From: Chiloscyllium plagiosum
Lineage: Eukaryota
Direction: 5' to 3'
Length of the DNA: 62,000 bases
Assembly (NCBI RefSeq): GCF_004010195.1
Contig: NC_057718.1
Span: forward strand, 37,132,337-37,194,336
Part shown: positions 39,896-50,984 of the stretch, piece after piece
How positions within the stretch are numbered: the stretch's first letter is position 1
Layout: the number at the start of each line of letters is the position of its first letter
Translations under genes and position numbers: made by a program
Notes under the pieces: generated by a model
What the model saw: the letters and a program-made list of their open reading frames with translations, nothing else
Databases searched by the model: none
What the model was told of the DNA's origin: nothing

Positions 39896-40205
39896 TTAGA
39901 TTAGATTAGATTCCCTACAGTGTGGAAACAGGCCCTTTGGCCCAACCAGTCCACACCGACCCTCCAAAGAGTAACCCACCCACACCATTTCCCTCCGACT
40001 AATGCAGCTAACACTGTGGGCAATTTAGCATGGCCAATTCACCTGACCTCCACCTCCTTGTAACTGTGGGAGGAAACCGGAGTACCTGGAGGAAACCCAT
40101 GCAGACACGGGGAGAATGTGCAAACTCCACACAGAGTCGCCCGAGGCTGGAATCGAACCTGGAAGCCTGGTGCTGTGAGACAGCAGTGCTAACCACTGAG
40201 CCACC
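39896..40205 (-). mobile_element. HE1-type V-SINE
   Basis: A box tggctcagtgg, B box ggttcgattcc, (taatc)n tail. Confidence 0.92.
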
Positions 40206-40214
40206 AATTCTTAG

Positions 40215-40370
40215 TTAGAGACTAAAAAACTGCAGATGCTGGAATCCAAGATAGACAAGCAGGAGGCTGGAATAACACAGCAAAGCAGGCAGCATCAGGA
40301 GGTGGAGTAGTCAATGTTTCGGGTGTAATCCTTCTTCAGGACTGGGGGTGGGTGTAATGTGAGCTGCAGT
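40215..40370 (-). mobile_element. Penelope family A-related subfamily terminal fragment with decayed hammerhead core
   Basis: Reverse complement of 40308-40343 reads AGUC-CUGAAGA-A-GGAU(UAC)ACCC-GAAA-CA-UU-GACU; ends with the shared tccagcatctgcag tail. Confidence 0.75.
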
Positions 40371-41684
40371 CTAACCATGATGCATTGATACAAGAGAGTG
40401 ATTTATCAATCATCTTTGATGTTATTAAGAGTTAATGTATTGTTAAATGCCATTTGTCAGGTACATCAAAAGCAAAAGGAAACCTTAGGTAGAATTCGGA
40501 CTGCATGGTGCCTGTTTTAGGTGAGTAAAACGTGTGGACTAATGGCCAATTTAAATGCCAATGTCGTGTACTTACAGAGCACTTGAAAAGTATCTGATCT
40601 GATATAGGGCAGTTTTTCAGGTTAATGGGCAGAAGACACATTAGTCAAGGTTTTCATGTGGATTGCCAGGACCTTTTGAAAATGGCAGATACGACCCGGA
40701 TCCAGGAGTCCTGCCCCATTTTTCTATCAGATTCTATTTTTACCAAGGGTAAAAGGAACAATGTGTAGAATGGCTTTCAAATGAGGGAAATCTGAACTCA
40801 GCAGAAACATTTGAACTCAGTGCTGAAGCATACCATTTCAGCTGCAATAACTGCTTTAGTGTCAAAATTGGAACTGAGAATTCTTTAGAAGGTTCATAGA
40901 TCAGATAGGCAAATAAAGTAGGTAGAGCTCAGAAGCTGTCAAGTTATTTAAATGACAATTTGGAAAATAAAATGGCATGCCTCCAACTATAATGCCAAAA
41001 AAGGTTTGCTGTATCAATTTCAATAGTTATTTGTTGATGTAACCCTAAGTGCTATATTAATATCATTATTAACAGTTCACTACTTTCCATAAACCTATCG
41101 TTATTACAGTGGGGTGAGAGTCACAAGTTCACAGTTTGTTTCACAGGTCAAAGAGATTATTGAGAAATTAGCTGTCTTTGGTGTGGGATCATGAACATAA
41201 ATGCATGTGTTTTTTATTAGTACATGAGAAGTTGTTTGGTCACACAAAATTAGAGTATTTCTGATACAAACTATAGTTTGCCAATGCTTTTCTTGCACTC
41301 TTCAGGACAATTCACAAGAATACTAATTCAAGCAGAAAACCACATTTATGCTGTCTGAAAGGACACTGCTAATTAGTTACCTAATAAACTCTAGTAGAGA
41401 TGTTATCATGGAGAGCGTGCCAGTTAACAATGATAGACAGTTTACAACCAGGCTTTATTGAAATCAACTTGGGCTTCCAAAATTCAAAACATAATGTCTA
41501 ATATTGGATGTGATTTTCTCAATGGGATAACACTCTATGGATAATCCTGGTAGAAGCTACAGCATCCCGAATTTTTGGGAACAGAACAAAACATGGACAT
41601 GCACTACTCATGTCTCAACTCAATGAAATGAGTGATAGCCATTCACTGGTTTATTACTCAAAGTAATGTCTTGACCAATCAGAG

Positions 41685-41893
41685 CTGAAAATGTGTTGCT
41701 GGAAAAGCGCAGCAGGTCAGGCAGCATCCAGGGAACAGGAGAATCGACGTTTCGGGCATAAGCCCTTCTTCAGGACGGGCTTATGCCCGAAACGTCGATT
41801 CTCCTGTTCCCTGGATGCTGCCTGACCTGCTGCGCTTTTCCAGCAACACATTTTCAGCTCTGATCTCCAGCATCTGCAGACCTCACTTTCTCC
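41685..41893 (+). mobile_element. Young Penelope family A fold-back mini-insertion
   Basis: Perfect 88-bp inverted repeat at 41678-41765 and 41777-41864; 36-nt tail; TSD ttgaccaatcagag (41671-41684, 41894-41907). Confidence 0.92.
41743..41776 (-). ncRNA. Minimal hammerhead-ribozyme-like motif (PLE family A)
   Basis: Reverse complement reads GUC-CUGAAGA-A-GGGC(UUAU)GCCC-GAAA-CG-UC-GAU, with palindromic ACGU. Activity is not shown. Confidence 0.72.
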
Positions 41894-43209
41894 TTGACCA
41901 ATCAGAGTCAAACTGCCTGGTTTAAAACTTAAAAAAACCCTAACAGTTAACTATTATTGTTAAGTGGTGCATTCACCATGGTAATGCCAATCAGAATCTA
42001 CTTACCAGCCAGTCAGCACTCTCCTCTCGTATGGTATAATTGTTGGTTATCCCCTCAAACTGCTATTCTTGAAAATTGCCTTGAAAAGTGCAAAAACAAA
42101 AAGCTTTAACAGAATGTGTCTTTTTTCAGCAATACCTGATTGGTTTTAAATGTTTTGAATGAACTTTCAGGAATGGGACATGCTTATAGAGAGAACTTGG
42201 CTTTATGTAGATCTTTATAGAAGTTTATTTTATTTCATTTCAGCATTTCATCTCTGTGAATACTGGGTGAGTTAGCATGGAAGGTGCAAGAGCAAACAAA
42301 GATGGAGTTAGCATGGATTGATACTAAGTTAGCATTGGGACTTGAAGGGGTTACAGAAATGATTGATGTAGAAAGTATGAGGTGCCCATAGGGTGGGTGG
42401 ACATTATCATGGGGAGCAGGTGGAGAGGTAAGGGGGTGTGAGAGCTATGGGCTAGAAATGTATTAAAATGAAAACGTTAGTGCAAATTCCCAAGAACCAA
42501 GGCAAGCCTTTTAAACAGGTGACCTCAGCACTCCTGCGGCCACTTCCAATCTGCATCTTTGGGGAAAGGGAGAGGGATTGAGGGTGGGGTTGGGAAGGGG
42601 GCTGGGGGGGAGATGGTGGTAAGTGCGTCTGATTGCATTCTGCACACATTTCCCTAACCCTTAACCACCAGTCTATCCATCCATCAACAGAGAAACAAAA
42701 ATCATGCCAATCGGGGCATAGTTTTTCCAATGCAAGGGCACTGAGTCAGGAGATTTCCTGACATGAGCTAACTATACATTACATTGAGCCAAGAGGAGCA
42801 TTAAGGACCTTTGAGTCTCCAGTGCTCCAACCATCCTTCCTGATGTTCCATCATCCTCTCCCATGAGTTACCTTTGGGCTGCTGTTGGAATCCATTTCTT
42901 CCAATTGATATTGTTCCAGTGGAGGTATGATAGTCAAGCAGCAGCTCACCAATAAATATTGATGAGTCCTGAGGTCCTATGTTAGGTTGGCCTCACGTCT
43001 TCTAATTCGGACATGCATTGTAGCCATATCACCACCTTCATGCTCAAAACTCATCATCAGTCAGCTTATACCTCCTTGTCTGTTTGCTCACTTATCCCAG
43101 TATATGATAACTGTCTCCACTGTAAAGAGCAGGGATAAATCCTGATTAAAGTTTAAAGTCTAGCAACCTCTAGCAAATAACACTCTCTGATTTATAAAAA
43201 TTCAAACAT

Positions 43210-43660
43210 CACATGTGCACGTCACTGGCAAAGCCATCATTTCTTGTTCATTCCTAACTGACCTAGAAGAGGTGATGATGACACACTGCGTTGAGCTGCT
43301 GTAGTCTGTGTAGTTAAAGATGTCTGTATTGGTCAGGTGTTCCAGAATTTTGACCCAACAACAGTGGAGGAGCAGAGGTACATTTCTGAATCATGATGGT
43401 ACTTGCGTTGAGAATTTTGGAAGTGTTGGTGTTCCCATACAGGTGCCTCTGAAACCCTATCAGGGGGTTAACATTACAGGTTTGAATGGTACTGTTTTAG
43501 AGAACATATAGCAGATACAAGCAACCAACACTGAAAAGCGTAAATATTGAAGGTGCAAGCATATAGGTTGCCAATCAAGCAGGCAAATAACTTCTGGATA
43601 GTGTTGAGCATCTTCAGTGTTGAAGCTTCACTCTTCCAGGCCAGTGAATATACCACAATT
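43210..43660 (-). mobile_element. Old LINE 3' fragment (same tail family as 61340-61803)
   Basis: Reverse complement ends cacctcttctaggtcagttaggaatgaacaagaaatgatggctttgccagtgacgtgcacat; heavily decayed upstream. Confidence 0.5.
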
Positions 43661-44648
43661 ACGTTATATCTCAGAGATACGTCATAATTTCTCTCTTTCA
43701 TATATTCTTCGTCATTTCTTTTTGCTTTTTCTTTCAACTGCTACTGATAATTGAGTTTCTGAGTAAGGGAATATGCCCTGGAACATGTGGGATAGGAAGT
43801 AATATTTCCTAATTTCCCGAGGAGACATAACTAGTTCCTCTCCTGGAAAACTACTGGCCTTTCTGCTTCCTCCGCAGTGCCATCAGACAATGGCGTGATC
43901 CTCAATGCTCCCAACTACGAGAGAGTTCAGTGCGAAAGAAGTAAAGATAAAAATATTCCTCGGCAAAGTTCCAATGTCTTGGCAGGTGCAGAGCCTGTGG
44001 CCTCCTGAGTGGCTCATGTTCCTGCTTTGCCTGCAGGCTCGAGATTTGAACTTTGCTCCAACTGCTCAAACTCCAAAATCCTTGCTCTGCCTTTCCCAAC
44101 AGAGTTTTCAGATGCGTTCCAAAGTCGGAACTCACAGTACTTGTCTTTCAGTGCTCTGTATTCAATTTTCAGCAGGGTGTTGAGTTTCACAGCATTACTC
44201 TCTTAAAGCAAAGAAGAAATATGAAAGAAAAAGCGTAGAGAAAAAGATTGTGACACTTGGACATTTTTTCAACATCACATCATTGTTATCTTTGAGATAG
44301 TGCCAGTCACAGCACACGCAGATGAAAGCAACGTAATAAGAATCATCCATTTGATTAATATACAAGCAAAACTGAGCATGTATATTTATTCCCAAGAGAG
44401 AACTTATCTTTTACATATATTATTTATAAAGGTATCGTTAATACATCATCAGCACCATCATCACCTATACACCATTCATATTGATATCTATATAAACATT
44501 ACAGCTTTCTTTATGTGACTCTATAAATCATACACTGGATTCTGTTAATATCTAAAATGTTTAACTTTTTTATGGTAGATACAAAAAACCCACCTGCAAA
44601 AGTAAGACTGTAAATGGATTAGAATGGTAGTTGGACTTTAATATGTAA

Positions 44649-44873
44649 ATCATAGAATCCCTATAGTGTGGAAGCAGGCCATTCAGCCTATTGAGCAATT
44701 TAGCATGGCCAATCCTTCTAACCCACACATCTTTGGATTGTGGGAGGAAACCGGAGTATAGACACGGGGAGAATGTGCAAACTCCACACAGACAGTAGCC
44801 CAAGTCTGTAATCAAACCCGGGTCCCTGGTGCTGAGAGACAGCAGTGCTAACCACTGAGCGACTGTGCTGCCC
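44649..44873 (-). mobile_element. HE1-type V-SINE subfamily with gattctat tail, internally deleted
   Basis: Head gctcagtggttagcactgctg, central domain, tail ggcctgcttccacactatagggattctatgat. Confidence 0.87.
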
Positions 44874-45838
44874 TTTTGTCACAATTTATTAATTGTGGCA
44901 GTTCAAAAAAAGCCAAAGGTTTTGTGTCTGAATATGTAAGGATAGAAACTGGTCATTGATTCAGAAAGAAAATGGCAAAAGAATGGATCAACGTTGCAGT
45001 GTTATGCCCTGAATTCAATAGAAAGCTGAAAACTCTGAAACATCACAATTGGCATCCAGGTGACTGCAGTAAAGAGACCTTTTGGAAATAATAACAAGAA
45101 GCCTAGTACTGTTTTATGTCTCCTGAGAAAAGCAAGCATTAGTTTGCTCCTCTCAGGTGTTCCAGGCCAAGGAACTGGTTGCCACCTAATAGATAAGTTA
45201 AGCATCTTAAAAAAATATTCCCAGGTAATGGGCACTCCAGTTTGTTTTCCAGAGCACTATTGTTTACCACAAACAAGACCCTTCTTGTTCTTTTCCTTTC
45301 ACCTACAACCCACCCACAACCTATGCACAGCTATCTGAAGCCTGTAAGCCAAATGGCCCAATCAATTGTGAGCAGCAGCAGAGAATCAATGGGGGGTTTA
45401 CCTAAATTATTGCGATGAAGCCAGGGCAACAGTTTAGCTTGCAACAAACCTCCCACTTGGAGTTATGTGCAGCTCAAAACAACAAAGTAAGGCACATTTC
45501 TATTCACAGAATGCAAAGGTACTCACCAGGCTAAGAGATAAAATGTGATCTAATAGATGATTGTAAGATTACAGAAGACTGGGTGATACAAATTTAAGAT
45601 AATAGCAAAATGAAATAAGTTGGTAGTTAAAAAAATTTTATAAGGTGATTATTAGACACCCACCTTAGATGGGAAGGATATTGGCATAGTCCTTTGCTAT
45701 TAGGTAGTGTAGATGGAAATGTCATTTGAAAAGGAAAAACTTTATTGGTGCAGACTTTATGGCTTAATGGTCTCCATCTGCTCTAGCTTTCATTAATGTG
45801 GAACTTACTGTGGCCAGCCTTTGAAACAAAATCCAGAA

Positions 45839-46017
45839 CTGAAAATGTGTTGCTGGAACAGTGCAGCAGGTCAGGCAGCATCCAGGGAACAGGCAGCATC
45901 AGGCTTATGCCCGAAACGTCGATTCTCCTGTTCCCTGGATGCTGCCTGACCTGCTGCACTGTTCCAGCAACACATTTTCAGCTCTGATCTCCAGCATCTG
46001 CAGACCTCACTTTCTGC
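45839..46017 (+). mobile_element. Young Penelope family A fold-back mini-insertion
   Basis: Exact 14-bp TSD aacaaaatccagaa (45825-45838, 46018-46031); inverted arms of ~55 bp; 36-nt tail; only the 3' half of the hammerhead core is retained. Confidence 0.92.
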
Positions 46018-47339
46018 AACAAAATCCAGAAGTCTTACAAAGAGAAATGAGTTGTGCAAATTTGATTCCCTTGAATTTCGAAGACTGAGGATGATTTTAT
46101 TGAAGAGTTTAAAAGGATTCTTTTCTCCACAACATCCTGACTGACTTGCCTGCAATCCCTGGACTGGTTGCACTTGATCAGCAGGACTGATGGTGTCCCA
46201 ACCCCAGTACTGTAAAGGCAAGGATTCCCAGTAGGACCAAGTCCTTGACTGACCATGGCTTTACTGACCTTGACTTTACTGGAATCAAACAAATGGCTTG
46301 ACTGATTGTGGCACACCCTCTACTCTGATTGAATGTAGTCCTCCTTCAACCCACTAAGAACTGATTCTCTTTGATTTCGTACATGCCATTTGTTTGAAGC
46401 ACATACAGCATGTTTGTCATGTCGACCTCTGCTACATGCTAAAGGTGTGTTATTGACAAAATAAGATGCCACACAACAACACATCCACTCTCCCTACCCC
46501 TGCTTGACTGTTCAGGGCTCCCCATTCTGACAAGCTGCTTGTCTTTCCCTCTGAACTAAAAAGCCAAGCGAGCTACAGGGGTTAAAAGTCTGTAACTGAG
46601 CACTTGTAGTCTTAGAAAGCAATGTGAGACACTCAGAGGTAGCCGCCCATAAAGCAGAGATAATATCAATGAGTTAGCACTAAGAGAGTGTTGTGAAGTA
46701 GGCTAAGAAAGTACAAAGAGAGTGAGCTATGAGGAAGCAAGCTAAGGGCCATGAGATGCATCCTGTGTGAGGTATATGTTTATCCCTGTGCACCAAGCAA
46801 TCTGGCTGAATCAAGTGTGACTGAGATCCCAAGTGTAAAAGGGCTGAAGAGTTGCTCTGAGAGCAGGCATGGTGGTGTGTTGAGACTGCTGTTTTACCAA
46901 TGCTGTATTGAGTGGACAGAGTTGTGGAGGATGGCAGCCATGGAGTGGACAGGGAGGTTATTGCGAAAATGTCATTGGATGATCACCAGGAGTGATATTC
47001 AGCAAACTGCAGCCATTAAGGTCACACTTTAATTTACATGTTGATAATTTGCACCATCTAACCTCCCAGGGAACGAGGAGAAGTGGAAGTGATATAAGTA
47101 AGTCAGGTTGGTGGGGGGGGGGTTTAATCAGATGCATGTTAATAAGCTCATCACTGCTCAGTGGCAAGATTCTGAAGTTGCCATTTAAGGCTTGAGGAGA
47201 AAATTGAAAAATGTTGAGGCTTAGATTTTTTCAAAGATTTGTCTTATAGTTTTCCACATTTTTTTAGCATTGTCCAATGCCATACCAATGATGGGGAAAT
47301 TTCACCCCTTGTTTCAAAAGTTTATGATGCAGAATGAGT

Positions 47340-49924
47340 TTGAGTGAAACTAAGATACAGCAAGTGACCAAAACAGTGGTGGGAGCTGTTTATAGACCAC
47401 AAACAACAATGACAATGAAAAGCTCAGTTTCAATCAGGAAATTAGAGATGCATGTCACAAGGCTATTCTAATAATCTTTGGGCCTTCAATCTACATCAGG
47501 ACTGAGCAAATCCAATTAGCAGCAATATCCTAGAGAATAGATTCCTGGAATATTTCTGAGATGATTTTCTAGAGCAGCAGCAAGTGGAAACAACTTGGGA
47601 ATCAGTTATTTTAGATCTTGTCTTCTGCAATGAGAATGGCCTAGTTAATAATCTTATTATAAAGAAGCATATAGGAAAGAGTGACCACAATATATTAGCA
47701 TTTTACATCAAGTCTAAAAGTATTAAAAGTATTCAAAATGTATTTCAATCAGAAAATAGGGTCTAAAATCTAAACAAAGGAAACTAAGAAACTGTGATGG
47801 GCAAATTGGTGGATTGGGAAACTGCTTTGAAAGGTATGATTGCAGACTGGCAAGGGAAAAAGAACCAATACATAACTAGCAGACGAAGAACTAATACATA
47901 CTATACAACATAAATGCATTTCTTTAATGCCCAAAAATCACAAAGTGTTCAAACCTGGCTAACAAACAAAATCAAGGATTGATTGAGACCAAAGGAAAAG
48001 GTGGATACGGTTGTCAAAAAAAAAGTTAAGTCTGAGGGTTGTGAGAATTTTAGATTTCTGAAAATGCTGCAAAAACCTTGATAGATATGCAGAGAGGAAA
48101 AGATTAGCAAAAACAAACATGGGCCCATTACAAACAGAGACTGGGACTTACAATGGGTAATAATGAAGTGACAGAGAAACTAAAAAACTATATTGTGTCA
48201 GTCTTCAAGAAGAAAAGTTCGAAAATCTTTCTATAAATAATGACTAATGTAAACAAAGAACTACAAGATGTTAGTATTAATAAAAAAAAAAGTAGTACTG
48301 GGAAATGAGTGAGTTAAAGAGGAGACAAATCCCTGGATCTGATGATCTACATCCCAGAGTGTTGAAAGAGGTGGCTGTAGCGGTAGTAGATGCAATGAGT
48401 CTGGAATGGTTCCTGGAAGGTGACAAATATAAGCCCACTGTTTTAGAAAGGAGGGAGAGAGAAAATGGAGACTGCAGATTTGTTTGTCTAATATCAGTCA
48501 TAGTGAAAATGTTAACATCCATACTAACACATTCAATAATAGGACACTTAGACAATAATTGCAGAATTTGACCAAGTCAACATGAATTTATGGAAGGGGA
48601 ATAATGTCTGACAAACCAGTTGACATTTTATTGAGAATGTAAATAGTCGATTGAGAAGATCCAGTACATATTGTAAATTTAGATTTTCCGTAAGGTTCCC
48701 CATAAGAGGTGGGTAAACAGAATTAAAGCGCATGGATTTAGGGGAAGTGTATTGGCATGGATTGACAACTAGTCACAAACAGAAAGCAGGGAGTAGGAAT
48801 TAATAGGACATTTTCAGATTGCCACTTTGTGATTGGTGAGGAACTTCAAAGATCAGTGCTTGGGCCCCAGCTATTCACAACCTTCATCAAAGATTTTCAC
48901 ATGGGATTAAATATTTCCAAAATTGCAGAATGACACAAAACTAGATGGTAAGTGTGAATTATGAGGAGGATGCAAAGATGCTTCAAGGGTTTTGAACAAA
49001 TTAAATGGGAAACTATTTGGCAGATCAAATATGATCTGGAGAAATTGAGGTATTCACTGGTAGTGAAACATAAATATTTCTTCAAAAGTGTAAGGTTGAG
49101 ATTCAAAAGGACCTGGGTGGACTTGTTGGGCTGAAGGGCCTGTTTCCACACTGTATGTAATCTATGTAATCTAATCCTTGTTCATGAGTCATTGAAAGTT
49201 AATATGCAGATACAGCAGGAAATTAAGAAAGGAAATGGTACATTGGCCTTTATTGCAAGAAACGTTTGAGTACAGGAGGAAGATCTTCCTACAATTGTAT
49301 AGAATCTTGGTGAGACTGTATTTGAAAGGAGAAAGGGCATTGTATACATTCACCTGAAGATGAAAATAACAGATACCATGAGCGGAATCTTCCCAGGTCC
49401 ATTTGTGCACAATTTCGGTCTCTTTACCAAACAAAGGATTTACATGTCATAGAGGGAGTGCAATGATGGTTCACCAAGTTAATTCCTGGGGAAGATTGTG
49501 CTTTGAGGAAACATTAAATAGACTGGGCCGTTATTGCCTGGAGTTTACAAGCATGAGAAGTTATATAAACATATTCAATTCTGACAGGGCTTGGTACAAG
49601 AAACATGTTCCCCAGCTGGAGGGTATACAACCAAGGGGCACAATCTTAGATTAAGGGGCAGGCCATTTAGGACTCAACAGAGGAGGAATTTCTTCACTCA
49701 GAAGCAGATGAATCGACGGAAGTCTCTGCCCCAGGTTGCTATGGGGCTCAATCATTGAGTATTTAAGGTAGAAAGTGATAGATTTCCACATATCAATAAA
49801 AAGCAAAAGATATGGTTTTTGTGCAGGCAAACAATATTGCAGTGGAAGGCCAGCTGTGAACTCTGGATTATAGAGCAGACTCAAATGACTGAGTGGTCTT
49901 TTTCTGCCCCTATTTCTTGTGTGT
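47340..49924 (+). mobile_element. Ancient CR1 LINE, heavily decayed ORF2 from APE to 3' UTR
   Basis: ILDLVFCNE..SDHN (47584-47766), PGSDDLHPRVLKEVA (48305-48571), gtgcttgggccccagctattcaca (VLGPQLFT), EETLNRLG..LEF (49403-49654), FFTQ-coding segment and 3' end ctgcccctatttcttg. Confidence 0.85.
49118..49174 (+). mobile_element. Severely 5'-truncated HE1/HER1 3' tail inserted into the old CR1
   Basis: tggacttgttgggctgaagggcctgtttccacactgta..(taatc) interrupts the CR1 sequence ggacctgggtg|tccttgttcatgagtc. Confidence 0.8.
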
Positions 49925-50631
49925 TCCAGTGGAGCACCTTGCTGGTCAGCTCTACATAGCATCCCATTGGGGCGCCCATGTCCATACCTCACCCAACACC
50001 CTTAATTGGATGTGGAACCCAGACATGGCCTGCTCATTGCTTCTTTGATTGTGCTGCAAGGAGTACCAGTGACACAGGTGCAAGGTGCTGACTCCTGAAC
50101 ATCTTAAAATGGATACCATTCTGAACAGATTGAGCAAAAGAAAATACATGCAAGGTGGCAACCGAAATTTATATCATGCATGGGAAGAAAGAAGAAAGGG
50201 CATTGCACGTGTTCAATGTTACTGAATTACCTGAGGACGAAATGATAGATACTTTGAACGGAATCTTCCCTGGTTCTGAATGATGTGGCTGTGGTGAAAG
50301 ATTCCTGAGAATCATATGAGAAACACAGCAGGAACATTAGGAACAGAAAGGCACATTTTCCAATATTCACGTGTGAGCGACTAGCAAGAGACATATTAAG
50401 ACAGATTATCACTCGTTAATACCTAATCACACCTCATTAATATGCATACGCCTGATAGAAACTGGATGTTGAGAATTTCCAATTTAGAAGTCAGAGCAGG
50501 TACCTGGTAGTTCCAGGTGCCACTTGCTCCTCCAAACCTTCACCTTGGACACTGGACACCAATGTCTCAGGGTGCACTCAATGGGCAGTGAATGCACATG
50601 CTCTGAATCCATAGACCTTGGCCTCTGACAC

Positions 50632-50662
50632 TCATCATCATCATCATCATCATCACCATCAT
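50632..50662. repeat. (CAT)n microsatellite
   Basis: About 10 tca/cat units with one interruption. Confidence 0.9.
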
Positions 50663-50699
50663 GGCACATCTCCAATCCATTCCAGTTCTGCACAATCTG

Positions 50700-50984
50700 T
50701 GGCTGGTTCAATGGTTAGCATTGATACCTCACAGTGCCAGGGATCAAGGTTCAATCCCACCCTCGGGCGACTGTCTATGTGGAGTTTGTATATTCTCCCC
50801 ACACCTGTGTATGTTTCCTCCGGGTGCTCCAGTTTTGTCCCACAGTCCGAAGATGCTGGTTAGGTGAATTGGCCATAAAAATGCAGTATTACAGGGTTGC
50901 ATCTGAATGGAATGCTCTTCTGAGGGTCGGTGTAGACTTGATGGGCCAAATGGCCTGCTTCTACATGGTAGAGATTGTATGATC
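50700..50984 (+). mobile_element. HE1-type V-SINE, diverged
   Basis: tggttagcattgatacctcacagtgccagggatcaaggttcaatccc head, central domain, gggccaaatggcctgcttctaca tail. Confidence 0.87.

Larger units (their letters stand above)
41254..42134. mobile_element. Old Penelope-like family C element with diverged inverted arms; hosts the young family A insertion
   Basis: 41254-~41470 is a diverged inverse of ~41920-42134 (tattcttgtgaattgtcctgaagagtgcaagaaaagc vs tattcttgaaaattgccttgaaaagtgcaaaaacaaaaagc). Confidence 0.6.

Noticed and set aside
41678..41864. Long perfect hairpins as miRNA precursors, terminators or MITEs (also 175-350 and 45839-45981)
   Set aside because: They are asymmetric (one-sided tail), have variable 12-18 bp TSDs and variable centres, and match the ends of GIY-YIG-coding elements. 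Penelope insertions explain them better.
50618..50863. Poly-His ORF
   Set aside because: It is a (CAT)n microsatellite running into an HE1 SINE.
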